DNA from: Tricharina praecox
Taxonomy: Eukaryota
DNA: 64,000 bases
Reading direction: 5' to 3'
NCBI RefSeq assembly: GCF_024521635.1
Contig: NW_026250405.1
Coordinates: forward strand, 248,001 to 312,000
Shown here piece after piece: positions 25,185-38,400 of the stretch (its first letter is position 1; each line of letters begins with the position of its first letter). Position numbers and translations under genes: made by a program. The notes beneath the pieces were generated by a model. The model saw only the letters and a program-made list of their open reading frames with translations, had not been told where the DNA came from and did no database searches.

Positions 25185-27422
25185 CTGTTGATGCTGCTGC
25201 TGTTGCGGAGGACGGAAGTTGGAAGGCTCATTCTTCCGAATTGACAGCGGGCTCGTGACACGCGGTGCGGTATCTCGCTTCTGCTGCCCAATCGGGGGCG
25301 GAGGTCCATAGCCGGTCATACCACCCGGAGAAGTCGAAGCATTAACGAGGTGTCTCTGCAGGTGCTGCTGATAGCTGAATGCCGCCGCACGCTGCAGTTG
25401 CTCCTGTTGTTCCCTTTCACGCTCGCGATCCGCACCATCGAGCGGCTGCTTGGGCGGGATGGCGGGAGGTGGAATCTGCGAATAACCAGAGATATTCGAC
25501 TGCGGGGATGCATTCGAATATGGTGGTGTCTCGTGATATCCGCCGTACCCACCGCCGCCACCACCACCATTACCACCATTACCACCTCGTTGCTGTTTTG
25601 GCTGTTGTTGCGATTGGTGCGACGTGTGAGTGTGTTGCGACGCATGGATAGCATGGGAATGATGGCTCTGTTGCGAGGCGTGGGTAGCAGTTGAGTGCAC
25701 ACTCTGCTGAGACGGTGGTTGTGTAGGTGGTGTCGGGCGCCCGATCGCACTTGGCTTGTCAGACACCTCGGCCGGCGACATGGTGGACGGGTTACTCCGT
25801 TGGCTATATGACCGTCCCTCGCCGATACTACCCTCCTGCAAACTCCGGATATCGCTAAAGCTTCCCGGTGACCCGGCGAGCTGCTGCTGCTGCTGCTGTG
25901 GCGGTGGTTGGCCATACGGTTGTTGGTCATGGATATCAGGCGAGAAGGGATTAGTAGAAGACTTTGAACCTTGGTGTTCGTCCTCATCGTCGTCGTCGTC
26001 TTCCGGAACCCATCCTGCCGGGAAGTTGGCCTCCATAGGTGCTCCCTCGCCATGCTGGGCCGGCTGTGCCTCTCTGTGATTCGAGTACAGGGATGGTTGC
26101 ACTCCTGCAGGAGGCGGCTGGAACGGTTGCGCGACTGGGAATGCGGGGGTCTGATTAGGCGCAGCGTGAGGTGAAGTCGACAGATGAGAAGGGAAATGCA
26201 CCGGCTCCGGAGCCCCAAACTGCGAGCTGTAGCTCTGCGTCATGTGGGAGGTCACGTTGCTCGGCGATGGGCCACCAAACACTGGGTTTGAGTGGTGAGA
26301 TGACGATAACTCTTGCTGCCTAAAGCTGCCCGAGAGTTGGCCGGTCGTAATCGACGGCGGCGACTTGAGCGAAGATTGCTGTTGCTGCGACTGCTGTTGC
26401 GGTCGCGATAACTCAGCATCATACGAGCGCGATGGGATGGGCACCGGATTGCTGTAGTTGTGGTTCGGCGAGTTTCCCGAGGTCATGTCCTGGGAATTGC
26501 GGTTCTGCTGATGCTGATGCTCATTGTAAGACCCGCGAAGCTGGCTGTCGCTTGCGGGCTGCGAGAATTGCCGTATTGGTGAACGCTGCGGTTGAGGAAC
26601 ATCGAATGTTTTGGCATTTCGGTCCAACACGGGAGGCGGTTTTCGCCGATCCAAGAAGTCGGCCGAGCCGGGCTGTTCATCGTACGATCCATGCTGGTTA
26701 TTATTATTGCCACTGCCGTTGCCGTTGCTAGGCCGTGAGGAGTAATGGGCGGAGCTCTGGGAGTGTTGTGACAGAGTCTCCGGGTCCCGCCGCTGGTACT
26801 GCGGAGCAACTAGCTTAGAGAACTGGACCAACGGGGAGGTGTCGGGGGTTGGATCTACTTCGATGTGCCTCTGCGACTCCAGATCAAATTGGGTCTTCAG
26901 TGCTTTGTTCATCGGTTTGCCGAAGGGCTTGGTCGGGGAATGGTGCTGTTCGTTCCGAGCTTCATCTTTCTCCGGTTGCTGCTGTTGCGCTTGGACATCG
27001 TGCTGAAAGGCGTGGTGTTGTTGGTGATGCGACTTGTCCTGGTCGGAAGGGCCGCTATATCCGCGTTCATCGTACTCCAAATCCTCATACCGGCCATGAT
27101 CCTCGCCGTCGTCATCCTCGTGTTCCGGCTCATAGCTACCATTATCACCGTACTGTTGATAGTGGCCATCCACCTCCTCCTCTAACGGATGTGGCTCGCG
27201 GTGGTGGTGAGTATTGTTGTGGTGTGCACCATCGTCCTCGGTATTGCTATCTCCCCGCTTACGATTAGGAGGCGGGGGAGCACTCAGGCCGCCATCGTTG
27301 TCCGCGCTTCCTCCAGCACCACCACCACCGCTTCCACCATGTCCAGTTCGCTCCAACTCATCAGTTTCAAATTGCATAAACCCTGGTTGCGAGGATGATG
27401 ATGTGGGTTGCACTGTCGTCAT
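21273..27422 (-). CDS. 2049-aa hypothetical protein: long Q/P/S/G-rich disordered region with poly-Q, followed by a helical C-terminal domain
   Basis: Uninterrupted 6.15-kb ORF; CAG/CAA tract ~25105-25205; amphipathic helical region in the last ~500 aa; splice acceptor in the 5' UTR at 27509. Confidence 0.9.
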
Positions 27423-30400
27423 TACTTTGCGGTACAGTTATCGGTCGGTAATGATGGGACGTGAAACGATGAAGCGAGGTTCTTCCGGGGTTGCGTGGAA
27501 TTCGGATTCTGGAAAGAAGTAAAGTGTGTTAGCCGGCAAGCGAATCTTCGGATGTTTCCTTTCCCCATGCCAGCCACCCCCCAGCCCCTCACCCGCACCG
27601 CAGACCTTCGCCTTCTCGACGCAAGACCACAACCTCCTTGCGCGACAACAAGCCTCCCCCAGAGATCTACATCTAGATGGTAAAGGAAGAAGAGGGTAGG
27701 AGGAGGTCTCACATTATCTCCTTCGTAGTGTCCGTTATGCGACCGACGTGGATAGATGCGTAGCGTTGCGAAGACGGACGTGTTTATCGGTATGTAGATG
27801 TATGGTCGGCGGCGGCGTCGTAGAAGCGTCGTAGAAGCGTTCGTGCGAGCGTACGTGTGTGATGTGAGTTGTGGGAGTGTTCGTTAAGGGTGAGAGAGCA
27901 CGTAGGATGTAGTAGTAGTAGCAGGGCGCTGAGGGAGGGGGGGCGTTAAAGGTCTGTGTGTCGCTGCGCTGTCAGAACACCACCTCCTGTCTTCTCTCTT
28001 GGTTTCCTTCACTCGCTGGTTCTCTCATCCATCCATCCATCCCATGCATGTTCTTCAGCGGGAGTCCTTACCGTAAACGTATCGCGCGCGCTTCACACTC
28101 TCTTCACACTCTCTTCTCTTCTCCGAGGCCTCTTCTTCTTCCGTCTTTTTCTTTCTTTCGTAAATCGTCTTCGTCTCGTCGTGTCGTCGTGTCGCTCGTC
28201 GTCGACCACCGGCTCCGTCCCGACGTCACAAGCGGGGAGTGGGGGAAGAGAATATGCCGAAACAAAAAGAAAGGAAACAACGTCGCTGCTCGTGACGAGA
28301 AGAAAAAACAAAATGATGGATAAAACTCGGTATAAGTCAAGACAGCAAGTTCTAAACTTATCGCATCCGAATCCGAGTCCCCGTTGCTGCTGCTGCTGCT
28401 TCTGCTGCTGCTGCTATCCTTCAACACCGGTCGTCCGCGGGCGGGTGCGATGCGGAGAGGAGGTGGGTTTGGGGTGGAGGAGTCGATGCGAAGGGTAGGA
28501 AGAGGGGCGGGGGTGGTGGTGGATGGGGTCACTGCTACTACAAAGCGACTCGGGTACGACTGGACTCTGGAGTCTGTCTGGCATGGAAGGTGGAGCAGCA
28601 CACGCAAAATTAATCTCTCGTCTCAACTCACTCAAGCCCGTAAGAAGTATGTTCTCCCTGGTCGCTGTGAGCATTGGATGGCTACTCTACTTGGGTGCCT
28701 ATAGTACAGTACGTAGCCAGTGAACTGTGCGGATGTTTCCCTTCGCTCTTCTCTGCCCTTCTCTTCTCTTCTCCCTCTAGGTATGCTTCGTCCGACCTCT
28801 CTCTTTCTCTCGTAACGGCTGCCTCCGGAGTCCAAGTGCCAAAGTCAAGCCACATGCCCAAAAATAACATCCTACGAAACGCGCAGTTCACTCAGCCAGT
28901 CGCGAGTCGCGACAGCACAGCTCAGCTCAGCACTCAGCGACAACTGTCGAGCACCCGATGGAACATCCGCGAAGCACAAGAGAAACCAGAGAAACCAGAG
29001 AAACAACCCCTCCACTGCGGTACTATACCCACCCAGTTTCCCATGTGCTCTCGAAGATTTCTTCGCCGTAAGTAGAGTACTCTATTCTCCAAAGTGAGAC
29101 CAAAGTACCTCTAGCGCATCCCGCCTCCTCCGAAGCGAACGAAGGGGGGATCCGGTCGAGGGATGGAGGGTGGATGGTGGAATCTGGATGGATGAGTTGG
29201 CATAGTGCGGCGCGGCCAGCGACCAATCACGAGCAGCCGCTAGTTACTCTAAGTAGGGTATCCCGTCGCTCTTGCATCCAGATTGAAGGAAGGAAGCACG
29301 AGTCTCGTCCACAGGCCGGGCAGTGCGAGGTGGCGGGGGGAGGAACTGACTCTGGCAGTGGCCGTGGGAGTGAGCCTCAGCATCAGCGGGAATAAATCAA
29401 GATGCAGAGCAGCAAAGGCGGTGGGATGCCGTCATTCCGCATTCAACGTAACTAACGTGCGAGGAAAAAACTGGCAGAAGTGATTCTCCATCTCGTCGTC
29501 GCCGCGGTGATGTGCTGTCTTTGCTGTCGTGCTGCTGCGTGCTTCTTCGCATGATGGAAGGGCGGAAGGGAGGGAAGGCGGACGAATCTCATCGACGGCG
29601 ACAGCGGCGGCGGACGGGCGGGGCGGGGCTAGGGTACGTAGGGTGGCTTCAACTGCTGCATGCGCCTGACTCGAGCGCACGCAGGTTCCCGCCGGGGAGG
29701 GGAAGGTCCTGCCGACGCGAAATACCCCTGACTGGAGCGGGCTTGTAAGCACTCTGCATATCTATATAGAAAAGTAGATACATCGAGGGGAGAAGACTCT
29801 CAGGACTGAGGAGAGGCGAGCAGCCGAGTGATGAGGTCTTTGATTCTCATGCCCGTGCCGTGTGCGATGTCGTGGATTCGATGATGCCGTGGTTAGTAGT
29901 TATTTGTGTCGGCGACTCGGTGACGGAGTCGCATCGCCGCGAAGGTCCTTCACGCGGTCGGTCGGTCGACTTGCCGAGCGAATTCGATGCGCGCCGTAAG
30001 GTTTCATCACTACATGTCACTCGGTTGAGGTACAGGAGAAATTACACAAGTGAATTGAAACAAGCACTGGGAAAAGACAGTAAACCAGTAGAGTAAAGGA
30101 GGCAAACGAACGAATCGCAAGGAAGCTGTTGCATGTTTCCAGCCTTTGGGGGATAATGTTGATTCCGACCGGTCAGCGGAGAGTCTGGCGGTCAGAGGTC
30201 ATCGCCTGAAGCAGTGAGGACGTGGAGGACCATCTGGCAACTTTGGTAATAGGTAGACGACAGACCGATTGTATCTGAGAAGAGAGAAAACGACGATGTA
30301 AGAAAAAAAAGTGACACCTGTGTTCTTCAGGTGTCCTTCAAGAACCTCGCGAGTTGAATAGCGAGAGCGAACAACGATGAAAAGCAACGAAAACAATGAA

Positions 30401-32194
30401 AAAGCGACAATGAGAGCGATGAACAGAATATGAGAAAGCAAACAACCGGTCGACAAAATGAATAAGAGCTCTCTGAACGATTAAGCCACCGTAGTGGGTT
30501 TAGCCTCTGTCGGCGAACTTTCGCCGCTCGTGCATCTGCCATGCCCGCTCTCAAATCGAATGACAACAACCCTCTCCGCCCTCGGTCACACCCCCCAACG
30601 CAGCTGGTCTCAACGAGTCACAGTCTGTTCACAACTTCGAGCCCATCCGTCTCACCCAGGTCTGCAGCTCCGGGTTGAAACAGACGCGCCAAGGCGTCGT
30701 TTCCGCTGGGTCCCACACCACCTAACTATCACTCGCGACATGTCCTTCGCGTGGCCAGACCAAAGCCGTAAAAGCCTACTCCAGAGCCCCATGTGATTCT
30801 CAATGCCAGTCCTCCGATACCGACACACTCCGGACGAACCGAATCTTCCACCCGACTCATAAACACCTTGAAGGCACGGCGGTCCATCAGTCTTTTAAGT
30901 TTCAACAAATAAAACAACTCGTTGCAAGTTGATAGGCATGAATGCACCCCGAATACCGCAGCCAGCTGTTTTTGGAGATTTATTGTGGCCTGTGCTGACG
31001 TTTGAACACAGTCACGAATCGTCCCAACGATCCGGATCAGATCCATTCAAGGCGTTCGTTCAGGCGGCCTCGCCGGCTTCAAGATCTATGCATATATCTC
31101 TACTCTATGAGTACTTCCAAGCTCTAGGGCAGCACCGCCACTGCATCTATTTCCGTACCTCAAGCCCCACTGCCCCAGGCCCCAGGGTCCTCGGGGCAGT
31201 GATCGCTGATGATCCAAAGTTCAAACGCCCCAACACCAGTACGGTGCGACGCGTACATGTAGCTCCAAGCGCACCGTAATTACATAGGAACTTCGCGTCC
31301 CATCATCAGCCGATCCGCCCATCAAAATTTCACCAAATTCTCATCGACAGCGCGGTTGTTTCGAAACACCTTTCGCGTTTACTCTGGTGACGTACGCGTC
31401 GTCGCTCTGTCGCTCTACGCTGTCTAGTAAGAGTGGTTAGCTTCAGGACCCTGCAGTGCAGTGCTGTGCAGGGACTCTGGAGTTGGGACAAGCTTCATGA
31501 CACCCCCCGCCCTCAGCCGCAACATCAGCCGTACGAGAACGGCTGAAACGCTGCCAAGCAGTCAGCGCACGTCCCCAGCTCCTCGATGCGACCGTAAGAT
31601 TGCAAGGCCAGTGAACAGGACGGTCAACGGGAGGAGCGCCGCACCGGCGACGATCACAGGGGTTTATCTGAGCTGGACTGACTTGACTGGGCCTCGACCG
31701 TGGGGAGAGCGTCTTGTCTTGTCTTGTCTTGTCTTCCTCGTTACTCTACCTTCTCCAACCCAACGTGAGCTTCAGGTCAAGAGCGCGTTGAGATCTCGAT
31801 AGTTATTCCCACTCGACCGACGGTTCAATAAAGTCCAAGTCCTGTCCTGTCCTGTCCTGTCAAAGCTGCTCCACGAAGACCGACCGACCGACGAATAGCG
31901 ACCGCGATACCGAGATAGATCGCAAAGCGACGGAATCGATTTCCTACATATCTATCCCGCCTTTACCTTACCTTCCACGCGCATAGTTACTCTTCACTTC
32001 AGTCCGCACTCGCACTCGCACTCGCACTGCTCCTTCTCCCCGCTCACCCTCCTCGCCCACCACCACCTCACCAGCCCCCAGGCCGATTCTCAGCGCCTCG
32101 ATACCCACAACCACCACCTCTCGCCTCTCATCGCCTCTCCTCTTAGCTCCCCTCTTCCCTCTCAGCTACCGTCTTCGCGACCGAGCCACCGAAG

Positions 32195-32341
32195 ATGACG
32201 ATACAAACCACGCAGCTCGCGACAATCCTCGCGTGCCTCCTGGGCGCAATCGCGTTCCTGGCGGTGGTGCTGTTGATCCTCAACCGAAGGAAAAAGAGAA
32301 ATGACTCGAGGGGCAGGTTGGTGCCGTCTAGCGAAGTGTAG
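32195..32341 (+). CDS. 48-aa single-pass membrane microprotein
   Basis: MTIQTTQLATILACLLGAIAFLAVVLLILNRRKKRNDSRGRLVPSSEV*; AAGATGA context, C/T-rich leader, G/T-rich trailer; shorter than any ORF in the track. Confidence 0.65.
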   Translation: MTIQTTQLATILACLLGAIAFLAVVLLILNRRKKRNDSRGRLVPSSEV

Positions 32342-35300
32342 TCCACGTGATTGCGAGGGATTGCGGGTGTGGGATCAATGGGAAGGGATGGGAAGGGAAG
32401 GGAAGGGTGGATGGCGTTTGGAGTTTTGTTGTCTTTTCTTTTCTTTTCTAGTTTGGGCCATTGTTGTTCATTTTCTGGCGGGGGAGATGAGTGGGGAAGA
32501 TGCAGGCGGGAGAGGAGGAGGGCGAGGGACCGTCCGGGTGGAGAGTTTGGCCCGGGTACCATGGCATCGGGTTATTTGCGATTTGTGGGATTATGGGATT
32601 GTATGGACAATATAGTATACCAGGCGTATTATTACTTTCGGAATTCACGGGGCTCGTCGAGCTGCATTTTCTTGCTTTACTATAGGACAGTATGATGGCC
32701 GCCCCGCGCCGGAGCGGAAGCGGAAGCGGCGATGTCTCACTCTCACAGGTGAATACTCGGGAGTCGGTAGAGTACATGCATTTAGCATACGATGGTGAAT
32801 CAGTGATCTTCGGAACGACTGTGAAGTGCATATCTATTTCGACTGTCAGCTCGTCAGCTCGTCAGTTTGTCAGCGACTCTCCTGAGTCCTTTGTAGTCTG
32901 TACGGCACTCCATCCTCCATCCTCCATCCTGCATCCTCCATCCTCCATCCCACTGCGCTTATTCGATTATTGATGATTCGACGCCGAAGCGAGTAAGACT
33001 TCACTTCGCGATCCGGCGACGCTGTTCCGAATGCTCAAGTCTCACTCACTCACTCATGCATCTCCCCGAGCCAAGGTGGGACATACCTATCTCACTCGCC
33101 TCGCCTACTTGCCACACTGTAGAGTAGAGTATTGTACACTTGCCTCACTGTCCCTTGCGTCTTCGTTGTGGACGGGTTTGAACTCTGGGATACAGGTACC
33201 AGGGCTCCGTTAAACGTACTGTCGCGTGGCTAGGCGGAAGGCGGAAGGCTCGAGAGGCGTGGATGCTGCAACGCGCTACCTAGGCTTCTGGACGCGGACA
33301 GGAGGATACGCGGTGTTTGTCCTGCCGTGTTCTAGGTACTCCAACCAGGCCGTGTATTTGTACATAATAAGCTCACCACCATTACCTCTTCGCCATCTTG
33401 AAATTTGAATCTTGATTCCTGCCCCCGCCCCCTGTGTCGGACCGCTACATAAATACATGCATGAGGCGCAGCGGCGACAATATGGATTGCTTTATGTATG
33501 CCGATTCTTTCCAGCCGCTGCGGCCGCCAGCATGATATCATATCATAGATACAGCATGATACAGTATGATACAGCACTTTCCTCGCCCGCTCCCGCCTAG
33601 GAATTGATGTATGGATGTATGTATGCAGAGTACAACTGTAGCTCCGGCTTCGCTTGCTCTGGGTCTTGCGCTCGCTCTTGCTCTTGTGCTTGTGTTGCTG
33701 GCTGCTCACTTGCGCCTGTGCTCCGGAAAGAACATAGAATACCTACTGGTGGAAACATCGTGTTACGGTTCCCATGGGTAGGTCATGTATGCCGTGTGCG
33801 GATTCGAAGAGAGCACAATACATACCTCATACCTACATCATACGAGCATGCGAGCATTGCAATTGAAATTACCGGCGCGGCGATGATCTCAGCTGGCTGC
33901 TGCTGCTGCTGCTTCATGTACCCCATGTACCCCATGTACCCCACCCACCAGTACGTACGCAATATTGTACTCTACATCTCTCTCATCCTCTGCATACTCC
34001 ATAGGCTCTTGTCCGTACGAAGTAACCGCCTATGTACAATGTACAATGTACAGCGATGGAACAGCCTGCAACCCCGCGAAAACTGCTCATGTCTCATGAG
34101 CAGCAAGTGCGGGCGCACGAAACGGTGGCTACCCGCGCCGAGAGCGAGCACTGGGAGGGCACATGTCTCACTTTTACTTTGTCGCCTCCCTGGGTCGGGG
34201 CCTGGGTCGGGGAAAGTAAGGCTGGAGCATGTGCGGTGTTGCGTGGGACAGTACGTGCTGGCGCACAGGTGGTCACTCGTTCGCTCCCTCGCCTGTGTGT
34301 GCGAGGGAAGAAGTTTGTTCCTGGATGTATGACCAGACCAGACTGTAAGCCTGGTATGGGGAAGAAGCCTGGTTGGCGATAACGGTGTTCGCTATGCTAC
34401 GCAACGCTATTCATGTTGGCTGATGCGCGGATCGTAGCGGTTGCATCTATCCGGCCGGCGGGCTGAAGCTCGATGGACTCGGAGGGATGTATCATATATC
34501 GTCAGCGGAGAAACAGATGGTGTGTTCGGAACGAGGTAAACACTAGGAATTTGGGAGTGTTTCTTCACCTCGCCACTCTAAGACCACACCGGCAGGTGTG
34601 GAGTACTGGTAGAATGCGTCTGCCTTCCTGTTGCGTCTGTGGGAAATAATGGCCTGCTTGATGGGTGGGGGGCGTTATAGTTATGCTTAGGGAAAGAGAA
34701 AAAGGGATTAGAGAGGAGCCTTGGTGATGAGGCATGAAGGCTGCGGCGAGGCTGTTCGTCGGTGGAGGAAAGTGAATGTGTTCACACTTGGGACGGCTGC
34801 GGCAACAGCAGAGGAAGGCTGGAATGATCAGCGAGCGAGGCAGGGAACGGGCACCGGGGAAGGCGTCGACAAGCGCGAGCTTTGAATAGAATCCATTCGA
34901 TGGCGAAACCGAGACTTGGAATCAACCGTCTGCAAGCGAAAGAGAAAACGCTCGTACATAGTTGACTTTGGCCACTCTTAAGGGACCATGTTGCACACAC
35001 TCTGTGCCATATCTCCAAGCCACGGTGCGCATGAAGTCGTCTTCCTTCCCTCGTCAGATTCCGATTACATGGTTCTTTGGGACTTCCATCCTAAAATTGT
35101 TCTCTGTTCTCTGTGAAACCATAGAAGTGGACATGTGCACCGAACCCGGCAAAGTATAAGTTGAGTTGCATTTCATCCCGGACAGACAGACCGTACCTCC
35201 GATCTGACCTCTCTCAACACCGGGGTCATTGGATACCTCTACCTTCTGCCTTCTTATTTACACACAGTCATTCCTGTGGTGCTGGTTTTGAGAAACCTAG

Positions 35301-35429
35301 TTTTGGAATTTGATAAAGGACGGCGAAGATTGTCCCTTGAGTGGTTCGAGGCACCCTCCTCGAGGAGATACACCCACTTTTTGACGACTACGATACAATA
35401 CGAGAGACGGAAGAATGATCATAGCTACA

Positions 35430-38400
35430 ATGATGGCAGCGTCAAGCATCCGCAGCCTTTTGGGCCTTCTACTGCTGTGGTTCGTGGCGTGCCCGATGGT
35501 TATGGGTCTACATGAGACAGATACGATCACTAGTGCAGGTACGGAGTCATATCGTCGTTTCCCGGTTTATGTTCGCTGTACGAGTTCTGACGTTTATAGG
35601 AAGCAATACTAGAAGGTATATCCTCGCGGAACGGCGGCGGCGGCGATGCTCTTGATCGCGAACTGACTCTGACACCTACTTGCACAGTGGCCACCAGCCC
35701 AATCACAATATGGACCCCAATGTGGTCAAGTCAGGAAACTTCGATTTGATCTGGCGCACAAAGGGAAAGAGCAACTACAAAGGGTTCGCAGAGCGTGCGT
35801 AACGTTACTATGCCCTTCCCCGGATACGAAGCTGACAGACGGGGGACACAGAGTTCTACGCACAACCACTCATCTACACCCCGCCAGGCCACCGCCAATA
35901 CGTCTACGCCGTGTCCCAGCACAACTATGTCTACCGCTTCGATGCCGTGACCGGCGAGCTCCTGAACTACCGGCAACTACACATCCCATTCCTAGTAGCC
36001 GACCTCGACGGCTGTAACGATATTTCGGACCTTATCGGTTCTACGGCCACCGGCGTTATTGATCCCAACAGGAACTCGTGGTTCGTCACGACGAAGACCT
36101 ACGTCGACCAAAACAATCAGAACCGGCAGGGATTGGCAAACGGCAGATACTATATCCATGCATTGGATGTTATCACGCTGGAGGAGCAGCCAGGGTTTCC
36201 TATACCGCTTGAGGGTATTGTTGGGGACAATGCACCATGGAGGGTCTTTCAGAGCGGGAAGCACCATCAGCGTCCGGCTATGATACAGGTGTGTATGATC
36301 GCACAGGACTCCCGGTTTCCACGGCTTGCTGACTGATGTCCGTAGATGGGAGACTATGTCTACGCTGGGTTTGCCAGCCACTGCGTGCAGTACAACTTCA
36401 CGGGATGGATCATGGGCTGGCATGCCGGTTCCGGAGAGCTAGTAAGCAGGTTTGCTACCGAAGGCGGAAGGGCTCCCGCGAAAGGCGGTGGCATCTGGAT
36501 GAGCGGAGGTGGGCTCGCTAGTGATAATCCAGGGAGATTGTTCTTCGCCAGCGTATGTGCTCCCGTCTCAGTCATCCGGTGGGATACTGAACATCTCTTG
36601 TAGGGAAATGGATACGCCAACCAGCTGCAGGATGAACCAGTGCCGGGTCGCCAACCTCCAACCGCTTTGGAAGAAGCAGTCGCGAACATGGCTGTTCATG
36701 CGAATGGCAGTCTATCGACAACAGACTTCTTCGTCCCCTGGGAAAAGAATACCTTGGATGCTATGGACAAGGACTTGGGGACTTCGGGCTTTATCCTCCT
36801 CGAGCCAGGCGTGTTCTCGACCACAAAAGTACCGCGCATAGGATGTATCGCCGGTAAGACCGGGAAGTTTTATTTCCTTAACCTGGATGATCTCGGCGGT
36901 TATCAAATGGGCCCGAATCGGAAAGTGAGCAAGGACCCCACCGGAAATCGAGAACCAGATGCTGACTGAACGTAGGACGCTGTATTGCAAACCACCGTAC
37001 TGCCAAATTCTGTCTTTGCCAGCGCTGGCACTTATCCGTTTGAAGGTGGCTATGTGTACGTCACACCAGTAGGCAACCCTACATATGCCTTCAAGTTCGG
37101 CCAAACTGCAGATGGAAATCCTATCTTCACGGAGGCGGGAAGAACCGCAGAGTCAGCGGCCGGAAGACAGGGCGTCGGCCATAGCTCTATCACAACTATG
37201 AACGGCGAGCCTGGAACCGGTATTTTGTGGATTGTTGATGTGGAGGGCGTTACTTTGAGGGCATATGGTACTGTTCCAGTGGATGGTGTTCTTCCCACCT
37301 ACCGGCTTTTGAACAGCGACAGTCAGTCGAAATTCTCGCGTCCAGCGTTCGGGAATGGGAAAGTTTACGTCACATCGTCCACCGGTTATATCAGTGCTTT
37401 CGGCTCGCCGGTCAATATGCCACTGAATTGCTCTTCGCCGATCGAAGCCGGAACCGTCGGTATCGGTAACTCGTCGGTGGTCGGTGTCACCTGTGTAGCA
37501 CTTGCCCCGGTTCAGGTTGACTCGGTTGATCTTGATTCACTCAACAATTTCTCCGTTTTGGATCTTCCTACGTTTCCCGTTACCATGGAAATCGGCAACA
37601 AAATCTCGTTCAAGTCCAACTTTACTCCGAAGTCTGTGGGGCCGTTGTCGACGAACATCAACATCCGCTCTACAAACCTAGCTACACAGAAATTTGCCTT
37701 GAATACGCCGGTCGTGATCCGCGGTAAAGCGATTTCTCAGAAGCCGGTCCTCAAGATTCAGCCTAATGTCCTTGCTTTTGGTGAACTTATCACAGGCGGT
37801 GAGCCATCGAGCCTCTCCTTCGCCATCAACAATGCCGGACTTTCTCCGCTGGAGATAACTTCATACAAATGGAGTTACAATAGCTCTTCCGGTCCTTTCT
37901 TCACTCCCAACACCACGGCGACGGTTGAAGCATTCACATTCACCCATCTTCCTAGCGTCGGTGGTGCTGTGCCGGCTGAAAGTGAACAAGTGGTTACCGT
38001 GCTTTTGAACCCTCCTAGCGACGGAAAATGGCAGCTTTTCCTGATCATCGGCACAAATGGTGGGACGATCACAGTGGGAATGTTTGGTACCTCGGGTGGT
38101 ACGGCCAAGGCGAAGCTGGAGTGGCAACTGTCAAATGGCACTTGGATCGAATACAATAACGCATCTTTCGTTTTCGAAAATGGAACGTTCCGTGGCCAGC
38201 AGCAGTTCCGGAAGATGCGATTAACTAACATCGGTGGGACCACTCTTACCACGACCGTATCAAAACCGCCGATATCCGGCCCTCTGGCCGCGACTAACGC
38301 GTTGGGATCCATTGCCGAAGGCTCACAATTGACACCTGGAAAGTTTGAGGAGGCAACGATAATATGTTCGCCACCGAAAGGACAGGTTAATATCGACCCT

